Source: Schizochytrium sp. TIO01 (lineage: Eukaryota > Protista > Bigyra: Labyrinthulomycetes). From it: 64,000 nt of DNA. Shown here in pieces: positions 21,633 through 34,015 of this stretch (the first letter of the stretch is position 1; each line of letters begins with the position of its first letter). A model generated the notes under the pieces. It was not told where the DNA came from. It saw only the letters and a list, made by a program, of their open reading frames with translations, and searched no databases. The stretch is from assembly GCA_004764695.1 (NCBI GenBank), contig SMSO01000037.1:4954411-5018410 (forward strand), given 5' to 3'. The position numbers and the translations under genes were made by a program.

Positions 21633-24600
21633 TTTGCGGGGGAGTATTGAAGTAATATACAGCTACTGTCTAACCTAACCTAACCTAACCTAACCAAGCT
21701 CTCCTATCCACACATTAACCTGCCTGTATGCAGACCTGAAACCCCGATAACTCATATATCATCCTCTTTCTCTTTCTCCTGAGTTCGTCATCCTTGTCAG
21801 ACTACCTCTCCACGCTTCACAGCACAGGCTACTCTGCAATAAAACTCATGAATTGTCATGGACGATCCTTCGAGAATACGGCGAATATTGTGAAAGCTTG
21901 CTCGCGCAGCATGGGCCATGATAAAATGGCCAGGGCGATATATGAGACTCCATTGGGACAAAAGTCCATCTCCCATGGCGCTAGAGACGGCGCCCACGTC
22001 TGTACCAACGATTTCACGAAAAGGAGCAAAGATTGATGAGTCGAGATCAAAGTAAACACCACCAAACTTAAGTAGAACTAGGTACCGCCAAAGGTCGATT
22101 TTGATTGCTCCCGTCTCGATAGTATCAAAGAGGGGCTTAAGCGGCTTGAATTCGGTTTTTTCCATGAACTGTTCTACAAGGTCATCGTCGAAAAAGTAAA
22201 AGTCCCATTCTTGATTCATGTGAAGAATCTCTCGAATATGCATACAGACAGTGGTTGTGACATTTCGAAATCTGCTGGAGACAAACATGCGTCGCGGAAT
22301 CTTGGCCACAGGCTTTTCCATGATAGCTGGGATGAAGAATGGAATTGTTATAGCATGGTGTGGGTTGCATTCAAGGCGATAAATGTTCGAGAAATCATTT
22401 GTAGAATTTTGCACGCTCCTTGAAACAGAGACTGATTGATCCAGCGCCTCCTTTGCGGGCCTCGGGAGTGAATTTCTATCTTTAAAACGTTGATAGTAAA
22501 TCTCCAACTCATCGAGTTCCCGTTGCACCAAAGCGTTGGATGGAAGTTCTGGCGAGGAACGAAACCGGTTTTTCAGGCGCACTATATCATGAATTGTACG
22601 TTCGGTCAAGTCCTCGGTCAGTGTCACATCGACATAAGTTTGAGTGGTGAATCCAGAGAGTGAATAGGACTGGAAAATGCCAACAATCAAAGTAACTTGA
22701 AGCAAAGCGCATACAAAGAACAGGATCAAAACCTTTGAGGTGCTTATCACGATGGTTTTTTGAGCACAGGCTGAGTTGGATTTGTTGCTGATGTTTTGCA
22801 TCTTTCTACTCACCAACTTATCCAAAGGAGCTGTGGTCTGTTTGGAATGGCACCTTTGACAAGGCGGTAAGGTAAGCGCCCGTGTTGAGATCAAGTCACA
22901 ACTATTCTGATAACCTAGACAACCAAAGGTGTTTGCTTCCCTGCCATTCACGGAATTGCATAAAGTGAGGAAACAAAAGTAAGGAACTAAGTACTGCCAG
23001 TGGTTATTAGTAGTAGAAATTTGCTACTATTATACAGAGGTACGCGCTCGTTGGTACCTAGGTCACCTACTACTAGTAGTATTATTTTAGCTTACCCAAG
23101 TAATGTTATTATTTTATTTTATTTTTTAACTCATTACCTCTCTAGCTGCAGTGCGAAGGGCCATCAGTCAAACTACTCACTCTGTGGTGTTAGAAGTTTG
23201 GCAGACTCTATACAATCCCCATATCTAGTCCTATCCACAAAGCTTGAGCTCAGCTGATTCAGGTCTTTTCGAACCATATTGCAAGTTAGCACCAAGAGAT
23301 AGAATAGATAGAGAGATGAAAAGAAAGAATAGTTAGCATTAGCCTTCAGGGACTGCTGACAAGGTCCATTGTCTAAGTCTAGGCTTTGGTCTTGTGTCTA
23401 ACACATAGCTGTCCGACTGGTACACTTCAATAAATCACAAGAAAGTTAGATTGATAGGGGATGAGTGATTGTTTTCACTCGAATGTTTTACCCAAGTTAA
23501 AAGAATTATCTACTCTAACTAGGTGCAGCGTTGATTATGAGTGGAAGTAATGGATCGTGTCATATTAGCTTTAAAGGGGATTCGAAATAGGAAATTGTCA
23601 CAACAAGGATCATAATAGCACAATAAAACGAAGAAAAAAGGAGACTTGTTTAAAAAAAGAAAAAGACAAACAGAACAAACAGAATAAACAAACACATGAG
23701 ATTCAAAATAGTAATTGAAAAATAACATAAGAATATTAAAGTCAAATGTTTACTTTTTACAAGAGGATTTTATCTTTAAAGAAATAAAATATAAAATACA
23801 AAAAAGGAAAGCGTCACATTTTTGGAATATGCTCAGTCTTATTCTTGAAAATTTTGCAGCCTTCGTCGTCGACTTAATACTCTTGTTACCTGTATTTTCG
23901 CACTCAATATTAATTTATAGAGACGAAAAGCTCAGAGTATATAATTTTCTTTGTGCTCGCCAAACTCCATCAGTGATACCGTTTTCAAGCTTTTAAAAAT
24001 CCAACTTATTACCTCTGTGGCTGTTCATTACTAGTGGTTGTTTTGGCTCAAGTACTTTTTTCCCTTAAACTTGGTACCTCTGAGAGTGGCTAATTACCAG
24101 AATTATCAAGTTGAATTAGGTAATTAAATTACCCTCTTCTTCCTATTCTTCTTCTTCTTCTAAATTTAATTAAATACTAGTGACAATAACAATAAAACTT
24201 CTTCAACAAATAAAGAAAAACAACAAAAATCCATTTTTAAATTAAGAAAACCCGTCTCAAAGTAATGGACCATTCATTACTTGGACTCTTCAGTACTGCA
24301 AACACGCCCGTCCTTTCCCTCCGCGCTATCAATTTGCTTTCAAGGCAATCAAAAGAACTACATCGTGGCTACCTCTGAATAATAAGAGTCAGTGGACAAA
24401 TGGGGGTACGCGTACCCCATTTGTCCAGAGGTAGCATTTCAGTACACTTTAGTACACTTTCCAACTTAAGACGAAGTATATCTTCTCAAAGCTCATACGC
24501 AAGTACACGTCTCCGCACAATATCTACTGTCATGAACATCATTCCGAAACAAGAAAAGAAAAAGCAGATAGTGAAAGCAGAAGTGAGGTTACCTTCGACA

Positions 24601-26137
24601 AAAATGGTATGCACGAGTTTCTCAACTCTCGCTTGCCGCAGCAAAGATTAAGAGATAGGCCCATGAGAGAGTTTGATGCCCAGCATGGCGATTGTGCCGA
24701 TCCAATGTTGGTGTGATCAAGCAGTATCCTGATTTGGATATCAGTGAGCTCTTCTGACCGAGCTGCGCACAGAAAATGAGCGAGGATAATTAGCAGGCAA
24801 AACTTCACACCTCGGGGAACCTCTTTAGCTTCACAAGTATGTGTACCTATTAGTATTTAGTGTATAAATACACAGAAAACCTCTTTCTGGGCTCCTGCAG
24901 GCTATCAGTCACCAAATTTTGCATAGATCACCGTCAGGGTGTTTTTTTTGTTTTTTTTTTTGTATGGGGACAACAGAAAAAGAACAGGCGTTGCACCAGA
25001 GACAAAAATCTGTTCAAGGCAAAGTCTGGAAAATAAAATAAAATTGTATGGATTCTGTATAATAGAGAATACATGATGTGTATATCCCCCCAAAAATTTA
25101 TATTAAAAGTAGGTAGTTCTATTTTAAGTAATTGTAGATAAGGTTATCTCGGTCTCCCTCTGAGTAACACAGTTACTAAAACTCTCAGTGGAGAAAAGAG
25201 GGAATAGTTATAAGGTATGCATACTCTTTATATTCAATTTTTGAATTTCATTTTCTATCTAATAAGAACTTTATATTTCTCTTACAACATACCACTGAGC
25301 TGAAGGTTCGCTATCTAGTCTTCTGTTGTGAGAACCTAGAAGCGGATACTCAAACATGGTGCAGCGTAAAACTAGTCGAGCCACTCATGCTAGCTGAATT
25401 GGAGGAGCTGGATGGTAAGCTCCAAAACCCAACTATCTTCAAACAAGACCAAGGCAATGGATAGTCAAGCTCGTGTTGTAGATCCAAAACGTTCTCGAGT
25501 TGAAACGGTCGATCGAAATGTTGAAGAGTGAAGTGTATTAGAACCTTTTCTGGATCAAATCGGGATCGAAGGAGATCTTAACGAGGAGACTGAACATATA
25601 TGAGGGAGATGAACGAAGCGAAGAAAGACACAAAAAACATCACGGATTATGAAAGGAAATTTATAGTTAAATGTATTGAAGAGGTTTCGCAAATCTCTAG
25701 CTCCGCGCAAGCTTGAAAACGATTTGATACGAGTAATCTGATTAGAAATGTTGTCTATTCTGGCCCAGATGGCCTGCAGAAGCTGAGCAAGAGCTGTTGG
25801 ACCATGGTACCCTGCTAAGTGGTTTCCTGAAATGAGAAATACTATCTAGTGTCCACGCTGTGAGATACAAGTTGATGTAGAAAATAGCACCTGGATGAAA
25901 CCCAAACAAGCTAGAGTAGTAGTTTCTTTCGAAAGAACATGGCTTCGACTTGGACGGGAGTCTAGATGTCCTAATGGCCAATGTGCCTATAGATTTAGAA
26001 ATACTACGTCTGATTGCTCATCGCCAGATCTATTGCCTCCTGGTGCAAAACTTATCATTTTCCTGTTTTTTTGAATATACGCATTGGTGTTTCACGACTG
26101 TGGATTTTGTGCAAATATGTATAGTTGCGTATGATCT

Positions 26138-26900
26138 GCTGAAAGATGATTTTGGTCAGCTTGAGGTTGACTGTGAAGATGAAGGCAAGGGACTTGATGA
26201 AGGCTTAAAGAAGGCTGATTCAAGAGTTAGCGAATTGCTGTCTTGGAGAATGAATTCCAGGATAGATCGATTCATGTAGTAATTAAGGAGGTTAAGACAT
26301 TCTTGAAAGGTGTTAGAGGTAATCGAGGGGGTTAGGTTAATTCAACCTCTACAACCATCGATTCAAGTTACACCAGGTTTGAGTGTAGGCAAGGTGTATT
26401 CACACGTCTAGTTCTTGAATCTGACAGCCACATGAATCTGGCTGCCTACTCTTGCTCTATTGAAAACCTTATGTCCACTAGGGTGTCATTAAGGGACGCA
26501 AGAACTCTAGCAATGTCTTGTCCACTAGCTCCTTCGATTGGAGATCTCAGCATGATCCGATGAAGGACTCTTCTGGGTCATGTTTCGAGGGTGGTCAAAG
26601 GTCGCTTGACGAAGTTCTGCACACCAAAACTGGCCTGGGCGAGTGGGAATTTGAATTTGTTGCTGGCAAGCAAGATAACTTTTATGATTGTGGGATCTAC
26701 GTGGCGTGATGGCAAGGGAGAATGGTCTCTTCTCTAGAGGAGAAGTCCATGAGCTTGCTAAGAACATTGAGCTCTCCTCTGCCCCCCCATTGCGCACCTC
26801 ATTCGATGGCCAAGTTACTGATTATTGGCAGTGTCGCAACCTACGCCGGGCACGCGACACTGCAAATATTAACTGTTGAAGATGTTTTGCAGGATACTGT
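26138..26900 (+). pseudogene. Degenerate Ulp1/SENP-like (C48) protease fragment, probably transposon cargo
   Basis: ORF 26518-26709 ends KQDNFYDCGIYV (QxNxxDCG motif); the region has frameshifts and stops; part of it is repeated at 14545 and 16010. Confidence 0.5.
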
Positions 26901-28269
26901 CAACTTCTCCTAAATTGAAGATGCAAAGTCCTACGAAGAGATTATAGCCACATTCGCTATCAAGCTTTGAGTTAGTCAGACTTCAAGCCTTCAAGAGGAC
27001 AATACATCTGTCTCACGTTGTCCGGGCTGACTCTGACTCTGCCTTCTAATAACATAGTGTTCTCTTCATCCCATAGATATGTACTAGTACCATAAATTAT
27101 AAACTACTTAACTTGTTCTTCCGAGTTCCCTAATAACAAAGTAATATGTATACAAAACCCCTGAAGTGACTTATACGTACCCAAACCTTACCAATGAAGA
27201 CTGGTACCGTGATGGGAATGTTGTACCTTCACGTGTGAATATTTGGGGGTCTTTGCAACCTCATTATTCCCACTAGGTGTAAATTTTATAAATCGTTAAT
27301 AAATTTATTTCCAGTACAAGCGATAAGAAGGTGTGCTTCATATAGGACAACATTAAGATATAATTTATCTTTCAAATTCAAATTTCAACTGATATTTTTT
27401 TCTAAGAATTTAATGGTGATCGCTAGATACCAAGATTCATTACATGAATCGTTGGTGCTGCTTTATAGCATTCATGACACTTGAATGCTTGGCAAGAAAG
27501 GCATACTTGGTCGTCATATCAAACACGTTGCATATTTCGTTCAAACATTTGCCACTGCCAGCACAATCATGTAAAGTTGCCCTATCTAGAGTGTCACGGC
27601 AGATAGGTAGGATTGGTGCTATGTCGCATTGTTTACATTCAACAAGAACAGGACTATTACGAAAAGGCTGATGACATTTATAATGAATTTTAAGCGAGTT
27701 ATACACCATTGATAACATCATTTTTTTTCATCTAAGACACAGTCTAAGGTACCACAAACATACCCGTTGCACGTATTACAAGAAATTCGAGTCGTTCCAG
27801 GTGGGACGTCACTCGGATACAGCTCGCACTCATTTTCTCTTATAAATGGACTCAAAGGTTTAAAGTTTGGTGATAGATTTCCAATGCTTTTTTTGGTGGG
27901 GTACCTTCAACTTTAAGAATCTGTATCAATTAACATGGAACAAATAATACTATATTAATCAGGACAAAAAAAAATCTACTTGTTATTCATTTAAATGGAG
28001 TCAGAACCTGAACAAGTTTAGCAGTTATTTCGACGCATGTAGGAGAAGCTTCCCAGTCAATACCACATGCTTCGCATAGTTCGTTTATAAGCTTTCCACA
28101 GTCTTTACAACCCAAGAGTCTGCGCGTTTTAAACAATTAGGACAGGGTGGTGCTTTAAACACGAAGTTGCAGATCTTGCATACGGGGATAGGTTGTTAAA
28201 AAACCTTTTATCACAAACTACACAAAATTTGAATTCGCCGAGGAAAGTTTCTTAGCTGTAAAATTTTTT

Positions 28270-28650
28270 AGTCCCCTCAGGCCAAAGCTTGCTGAGAAAC
28301 ATGCTACATGACTTTTCTATATCTCTTAAGGCCAACTTGCATAAATTGTTTCTTCTCTTAGAGCCAAACCTTATTCAGGAGCTTTTTTACATAACCTTGC
28401 TAGACCTCTCAGGGCCAATCTGCCCAACGTTTTTCTTATCTTAGGGCCAAACCTTGCTCAGGTGCTTTTGCATAGCATCTGCCTTATAACTGAAGGCCTG
28501 CCATTTGACAGACCCTGAGAAAGTGGCTCAAAATCCTACTTCCACATGCGTGTCAACCGACAGGCCCTAAGAGAGCGACCTTGTAAGACTAAAATTAGGT
28601 CTTTCTTGTGATTTAAGTTCTCCAATGTCAGCTGACAGGCCTTAGAAGAG
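28270..28650. repeat. Cluster of CTCTTAGGGCC-like motifs (five direct, then three inverted)
   Basis: CTCAGGCCAA, CTCTTAAGGCCAA, CTCTTAGAGCCAA, CTCTCAGGGCCAA, TCTTAGGGCCAA, followed by GACCCTGAGA, GGCCCTAAGAG, GGCCTTAGAAG. Confidence 0.6.
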
Positions 28651-28779
28651 TAATTTCTCCTCACAAAATTGAACTTGTACTTACGGCTTACCCACCGTCA
28701 GACCGAACAAAAGTGAATTTCTGGCCAATTATTAATTAAGCCTATTACAGATTAGCTTAGCGCGCAGAGGTAGGTTAAC

Positions 28780-28934
28780 AATGATGATATTTATGTTATT
28801 GAAATTTCGGATCTTTTTGGATACAGACAAGATGAATGTATCATGTTGAATCCAGTAGAGTGTTGGACAGAAGATTTAGGTCAAGTTAAGTTAAGTTAGG
28901 TTAGTTTAGCACCTAGCTGTATGTTACGTCAATA
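28780..28934 (-). mobile_element. Partial diverged inverted LTR of copia family A
   Basis: GGATACAGACAAGATGAATGTATCATG...TTAAGTTAGGTTAG...TAGCTGTATGTTACGTCAATA. Confidence 0.75.
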
Positions 28935-29392
28935 AAGCCTGAGCAGTGGCTAGCAGTGGGTATGAAGATCAGTTGACACTCAGTGCAAATGAGGTGTTGT
29001 TATTTGCGTTATTTGCGTGGTATGGTCGAATGTGCTTTGGAAAGGATATATATAAATATTAGTTTGATTGTGAGATACTAGTTAGTTCTATGACTAGGTA
29101 GTCCTATGAGATGGTGGTAGTGGAACCTCTGGAGCAAACATTACTGGAAAAGATCTTCTAGTGCTTAGCCTATCGAACAAAGTGATAATAGGACTTTCAA
29201 GGAAGGACGCCAGCATGGCTTGTTAGGTAGAGTTAGGATCAAGTTAGTAAAATACCTTTTTATTTCAAGAGCACTAAGTAACATCTGTATCTTAAGGAAA
29301 ACCATAGCAACTCATTAAGCCAGCACGTGTGCACGCTAGAACGTACACGCACGCGCCCGCTGGTTGAAGTCTAGATCTTTCCTTACTGCACG

Positions 29393-32300
29393 ATGTCAGA
29401 CCACCCAAGAGTTGTTGCCGCTCTTGAACAGCTTCAGGATGGCGCTACAACATTGGAGTAAGTTAACATGGTACTCTTGGTCGCTCGGTCGCTTGCTTGC
29501 TTGCTTTCTTGCTTTATTTGCACGGTGTTGCTTTTGTTGTTATTGTTTTGCAAGTTTATGCAATGGCTGGTTTGTTTGTTTGTTTGTTTGATGGATGGAT
29601 GGATGAATGGATAAGTTGTCTGTTTGAGTGAGTATATATCCATCGAACAAAGAGCAAAATGACAACACAACAAAGATAAATGCTGAAAGCCAACCTAGAT
29701 CACTCACGCCCATGCATGCATGCGTGCATCTATTGTAATATGTAACGTGTAATGTATTTCTTGCCATCATGCAATCAAATCGACAGTCTTGGAGACAACG
29801 TGATCGGCGACGAGGGCGCCAAGGCAGTGGCTGCGGCGCTGAAAGAGAACCGGTCGCTGACAATACTTTTGTAAGTTGTCTTAGCAACATCACAGCTCCT
29901 GGGCTTGTTTGTACATGATGCTTGGTTTGTTGTTTGGTGGGTGGGTCGGTGTTGTTTTGCAAGTTTATACAATCGCTTGTTTGTTTGATGAATGGATGAG
30001 TTGTCTGTTTGAGTGAGTATACATCCTTCGAACAAAGAGCAAAATGACAACACAACAAAGATAAATGCTAAAAGCCAACCTAGATCACTCACGTCCATGC
30101 ATGCATGCGTGCATCTATTGTAATATGTAACGTGTAATGTATTGCTTGCCATCATTCAATCAAATCGACAGTCTTGTATTCAACCAGATCGGCGACGAGG
30201 GTGCCAAGGCAGTGGCTGCTGCGCTGGATGAAAATCATGTTCTTCAGGAAATAATGTGAGTTTGTACAAATTAGAGAAATCTAATCGAATGCTTGAGTGA
30301 TATGAAATTAAGCTTCGAAATTATTCAAACTAACAAATCAGAGTTGTATATCCGGGTAGTCTTAATAATGATATCTCTCAAGACGTGAAAGATCATATTG
30401 GTGACCGCTTAAAGCTGGCCAACGATATAGTTGACGAGTTCTCAAGGTCTGCATTAAATGCTTTTTCAAAAGATGAAAAGGTACGATGGGGCCGAGCGAA
30501 GTTGATGGTAGTTGGAAAGGGAGGCGCTGGTAAAACATCAACTATTCGCACTCTACTCGGTCAATCATTCGTAGCGGAGCATGACTCAACTATTGGTGTT
30601 GACCTTAAGGTGATTCGCACGAAGGACTGGAAAGAGGACCCAGTGGGCATTCACTCTGCTGATCTCAACGATGCTCTTGTAAAAAGCCAGATCCGTAAAG
30701 ATCGAAAGAGCATTCTACACAAAAGTATTCGCAAATCACTAGCCAGTCTTTCTGGACCTCGGATGGATGAAACCTTGAAACCTGAGCTCAAGGTCGAGCG
30801 ATGGGAGGTGGCAAGAGTTTTTAGGGCTGATGTGAAATTCCAATTTGAAGAGGCTGGACGTACAAAAGTAGAGGAAGATGTCAGTTTCTCCATTTGGGAT
30901 TACGGTGGGCAGGAGGTTTTCTACGCTTTGCATCACCTTTTCCTAACTAATTACGGGGTGTATGTGGTCGTTTTCGATATGCGAGAAGTGATTGGAAAAG
31001 ATAATTTCCAGGACTGTTCTGACTATGCGTTAATGGAGGACAGCGAGACGGCACTAAACACGATTCAATTCTGGCTAGACTCGATACGCTTACATGCGAA
31101 TGGAGCCAATGTTATTCTTGTGGGTACATATCTCGACGCTCTGCAGGATACTAAGGAAGATCTAAATCTCGTTGACACTGAGTTGGGAGTGCTTCTAGCT
31201 CAGGCCAAAGGCCTCCATCATGAGAGAAACAAAACAGAGAAACTTGAGTTTTACCCTCTGGACAACACCGAACGGAGGGACCCATTTCGTTGTGAGCTTC
31301 TTCGTGAGATTCTCATGACTACAGCTGCCAAGGAGAAATATGTGAAGAAGGAGGTACCATTGCGATGGTCTCTCTGCTTGGATCGTATGTTTATGCTCAA
31401 CAGAGACTACATCGAGCTTGATACTGTGTATGAGCTTGCAACAAGTTCCTGTGGGATTTCAAAAGATGACGCTACGGAGATGTTGAAGTTCATGCACGAG
31501 CTGGGCGTAATTGTGCATCTCACCTCTACGCCTGTTCTGGCAAACTATGTGATCCTGCAACCTCAATGGCTGCTGGACAACTTGTCACGAGTAATTTGTG
31601 ATCCAATGCATATGAAGGTGCATGTGAAAAAAATGAAAGAAGCAGTTACAGAGGTTGAGATAACAACAGATTGGTATGCTGACTTAGAGACTTGGAAGAA
31701 ACGCGGTGTTGCAAGTCAATTATTTCTGTCAATGTTATGGGGTCAACCTTTTTTTGTGAAGTACTTTTCTGAACTCATGACAGAAATGCTTCTGGCTAGC
31801 AGAAGCCCATGGATAGGAGACTTGGACGCAGAGGGAGCTTTGTTAATTCCCAGTTTACTAGAGAATATCTCTGAGGATGGGCTCGATGATTTCTTTTCGG
31901 AATTTGAAGGCGCCGCTTTAGTGTATATCGAGTTTGACTTTTTCCCCAAAGGAGTATTTCAACGCTTCGTTGCGAGTATGGTGTCAAATTTCCCTGCAGG
32001 GCTCGTTGAGGTTCAGCAGGTGTACGCAAATGCGGCAAGCATCATATTTGATGGCACTTCTGTCCTCCTGGTTCGGGATGATACTCGACGTCGTATTATC
32101 ATGTATTTAGAAAATGATGAAGAAGACGAAAGCAGCGATTTACAGAGACCAATAACAGACATTGTACAACTACTGCACACTCAACTGCAATCAATAGATG
32201 AAGCTTTCATGAAACAGAAATTGAATCCAAGGTTGTTTTTGAGCTGTGACGGTACGACAAATGATGAAAGTTGTGCCTCTATTAGTGTTCTGGCAAAGGC

Positions 32301-32898
32301 ACGGCGTGGTAAGGTCTTGTCGGTTGGGCGCAAAAAAAGGTTGAGGCTGTCATCCTTTCGGTTGTTTTTTGCCAACAGAGATGAGGCCGAAGGGTTGGAA
32401 TCGAAGGTAACAGTACGACGAGAGAAGAAGTATGACGTCTTTTTGTCACACGCTTGGGGCAAAGATAAGAAAGTGCATAGGCTTGTATGCCGTGTAAGTG
32501 ATGAGTTGCAGAACAATCATGGTATATCATGTTGGCTCGATCGGAACGAGGTGCAGCACGGCGAGATTACTCGTATAATGACTCAGGGTATCGATGATTC
32601 CAAAGTGGGCGTTGTCTTTGTTACACAGGAATACATGGAGAAGGTAAACTCTGACCCTGCGAGGGAAGATAACTGTCGTTATGAGTTTGAGTACCTGGTA
32701 AAGAGAAAGTCCCGAGTTCGCATGATTCCGGTTGTACTTGAGCAAGCTATGACTGGTACAAGCAAGTGGGAAGGCGTTTTTGGCGGTTCGTGGGGAATTA
32801 ATCCTCTTTATGTTGACATGACAAGTGGTGGATCTCCAAGTGAGGTTAAGGAGCTCCACGATATGGTTCGTCACGTTCTTAGTGAAATTGAGAAATAA
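29393..32898 (+). CDS. LRR-Roc-COR-TIR (ROCO) protein; join(29393..29457,29787..29870,30172..30255,30342..32898)
   Basis: GT-AG introns, all phase 2, keep the frame open. LRR exons encode LGDNVIGDEGAKAVAAALKENRSLTIL and LVFNQIGDEGAKAVAAALDENHVLQEI. Roc motifs GKGGAGKT, HDSTIGV, WDYGGQ, VGTYLD; COR motif LKFMHELGVIVH...ILQPQWL; TIR motif YDVFLSHAW...CWLD...NCRYE. Confidence 0.88.
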
Positions 32899-33630
32899 CG
32901 ATTATCCTAAGTTTGAGCAATTGATGTTTCATATATGTTCTTGCACAACACTGTTTCTCATTAGCAGATGGACTCCGCTTCCAAAAATAAAACATTCTAC
33001 TGCTATTGTGTGAGGCTTTGCTCCAATTGAACATGGGGTTTGTTTTCTTTTTAAAATTTTATCAAGTAACTTCATTCAATTTTTCTTTTTACTCTTATAA
33101 TAGGTCTAATTGTCATTTTGAGAGCAACGATACCCTTTTTAGTGGTAAATCTACTACGAGAAACAGTGTAAATTCTTTATATCTTAACCTATAGTACTTT
33201 ACGAGCTAGTGAAAACTAGGCCAATTGATGTTGGCACTACAAACCTGAACCCATTTATCAACTCACACATATACCAGGGCCACTCCTTTCTTATTTCGTG
33301 TCTACGTCTCTATACTCATATTATCCACGCTTCTCTTCATCAGACCCACTGATGAAGGCTAGATTTCAACTATGTCATGTATATTATCAAACTCGATTTT
33401 CAAAATGTAATTGAACTGAAAGATCTGCCAACCCTTTCGACTGTTTGACCAAGGAAGAGAGAGACAGTGCTGAAGGCGATTCGTCTCGAGACGCTTGTAT
33501 ATGAATACGGTGTGGTCTTGTCAGGATATACCTGGAAGTGATGCGCAATTCAAAGGAAGGTTTTTTGTTCAATAGGACAAAGTTGAGGAGTGTCTTGCTT
33601 CAGGTTAAAGGTCTAGCCTTTGTAAGTAAT

Positions 33631-33846
33631 TATTGAAGTAATATATAGCTACTGCCTAACTTCATCTCACCTCACCTAGCCTAGCTCTTCTATCTGACAC
33701 CTTCTGTGCGTTGGACTGACATGACACATACATTCTGCCTGTATCCAGACCCAAAACCCCAACAATTCATATATCATCCTCTTTCTCTTTCTCCTGAGTT
33801 TAACATCCTTGTCAGCACGCTTCACAGCACAAGCTACTCTGCAATA
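33631..33846 (+). mobile_element. Solo LTR of copia family A
   Basis: TATTGAAGTAATATATAGCTACTGCCTAAC...CTACTCTGCAATA; no clear TSD. Confidence 0.88.
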
Positions 33847-34015
33847 GTTTGGTAACTAAGCACATTAAATTGCCCTCTGCTTTTCGATAAAATTGAAAGA
33901 GAAAACCTGGTTTGAAGGAGGAAACAGTGCAATAAGGGATTGCTCAAAGAATTGCGAATTAACTTATTTTGTAACTAGCCCCTTTCATGGCTAAAAATGG
34001 CAATCAAATTAACAG

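Larger units (their letters stand above)
16906..21841 (+). mobile_element. Ty1/copia LTR retrotransposon A (gag-deleted, likely non-autonomous)
   Basis: Identical 197-bp LTRs (16906-17102, 21645-21841); TSD AAACT (16901-16905 / 21842-21846); PBS GGTTATGGGCCCA; PPT GCGGGGGAG; PR-IN-RT-RH domain order. Confidence 0.97.
16457..22801 (-). pseudogene. GT32 (OCH1/SUR1-like, DXD) glycosyltransferase interrupted by copia element A; reconstructed join(22801..21842,16900..16457), 467 aa
   Basis: Type II TM segment; KIPRRMF, DLWRYLVLLKFGGVYFDLD motifs. Removing the element and one TSD restores the frame ...MTIHEF|QQKKYISGPPALSLSFIENAG..., which continues into the ORF 16861-16457. Confidence 0.88.

Noticed and set aside
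29434-30155. Minus-strand ORFs with repeated peptides (79-172 aa)
   Set aside because: Antisense readings of the repeated LRR introns.
33540-33621. Candidate first exon for the downstream LRR locus (GT at 33622)
   Set aside because: The phase needed to join exon 34016 contains a TAG at 33614-33616; the open frame is phase 0 and incompatible.
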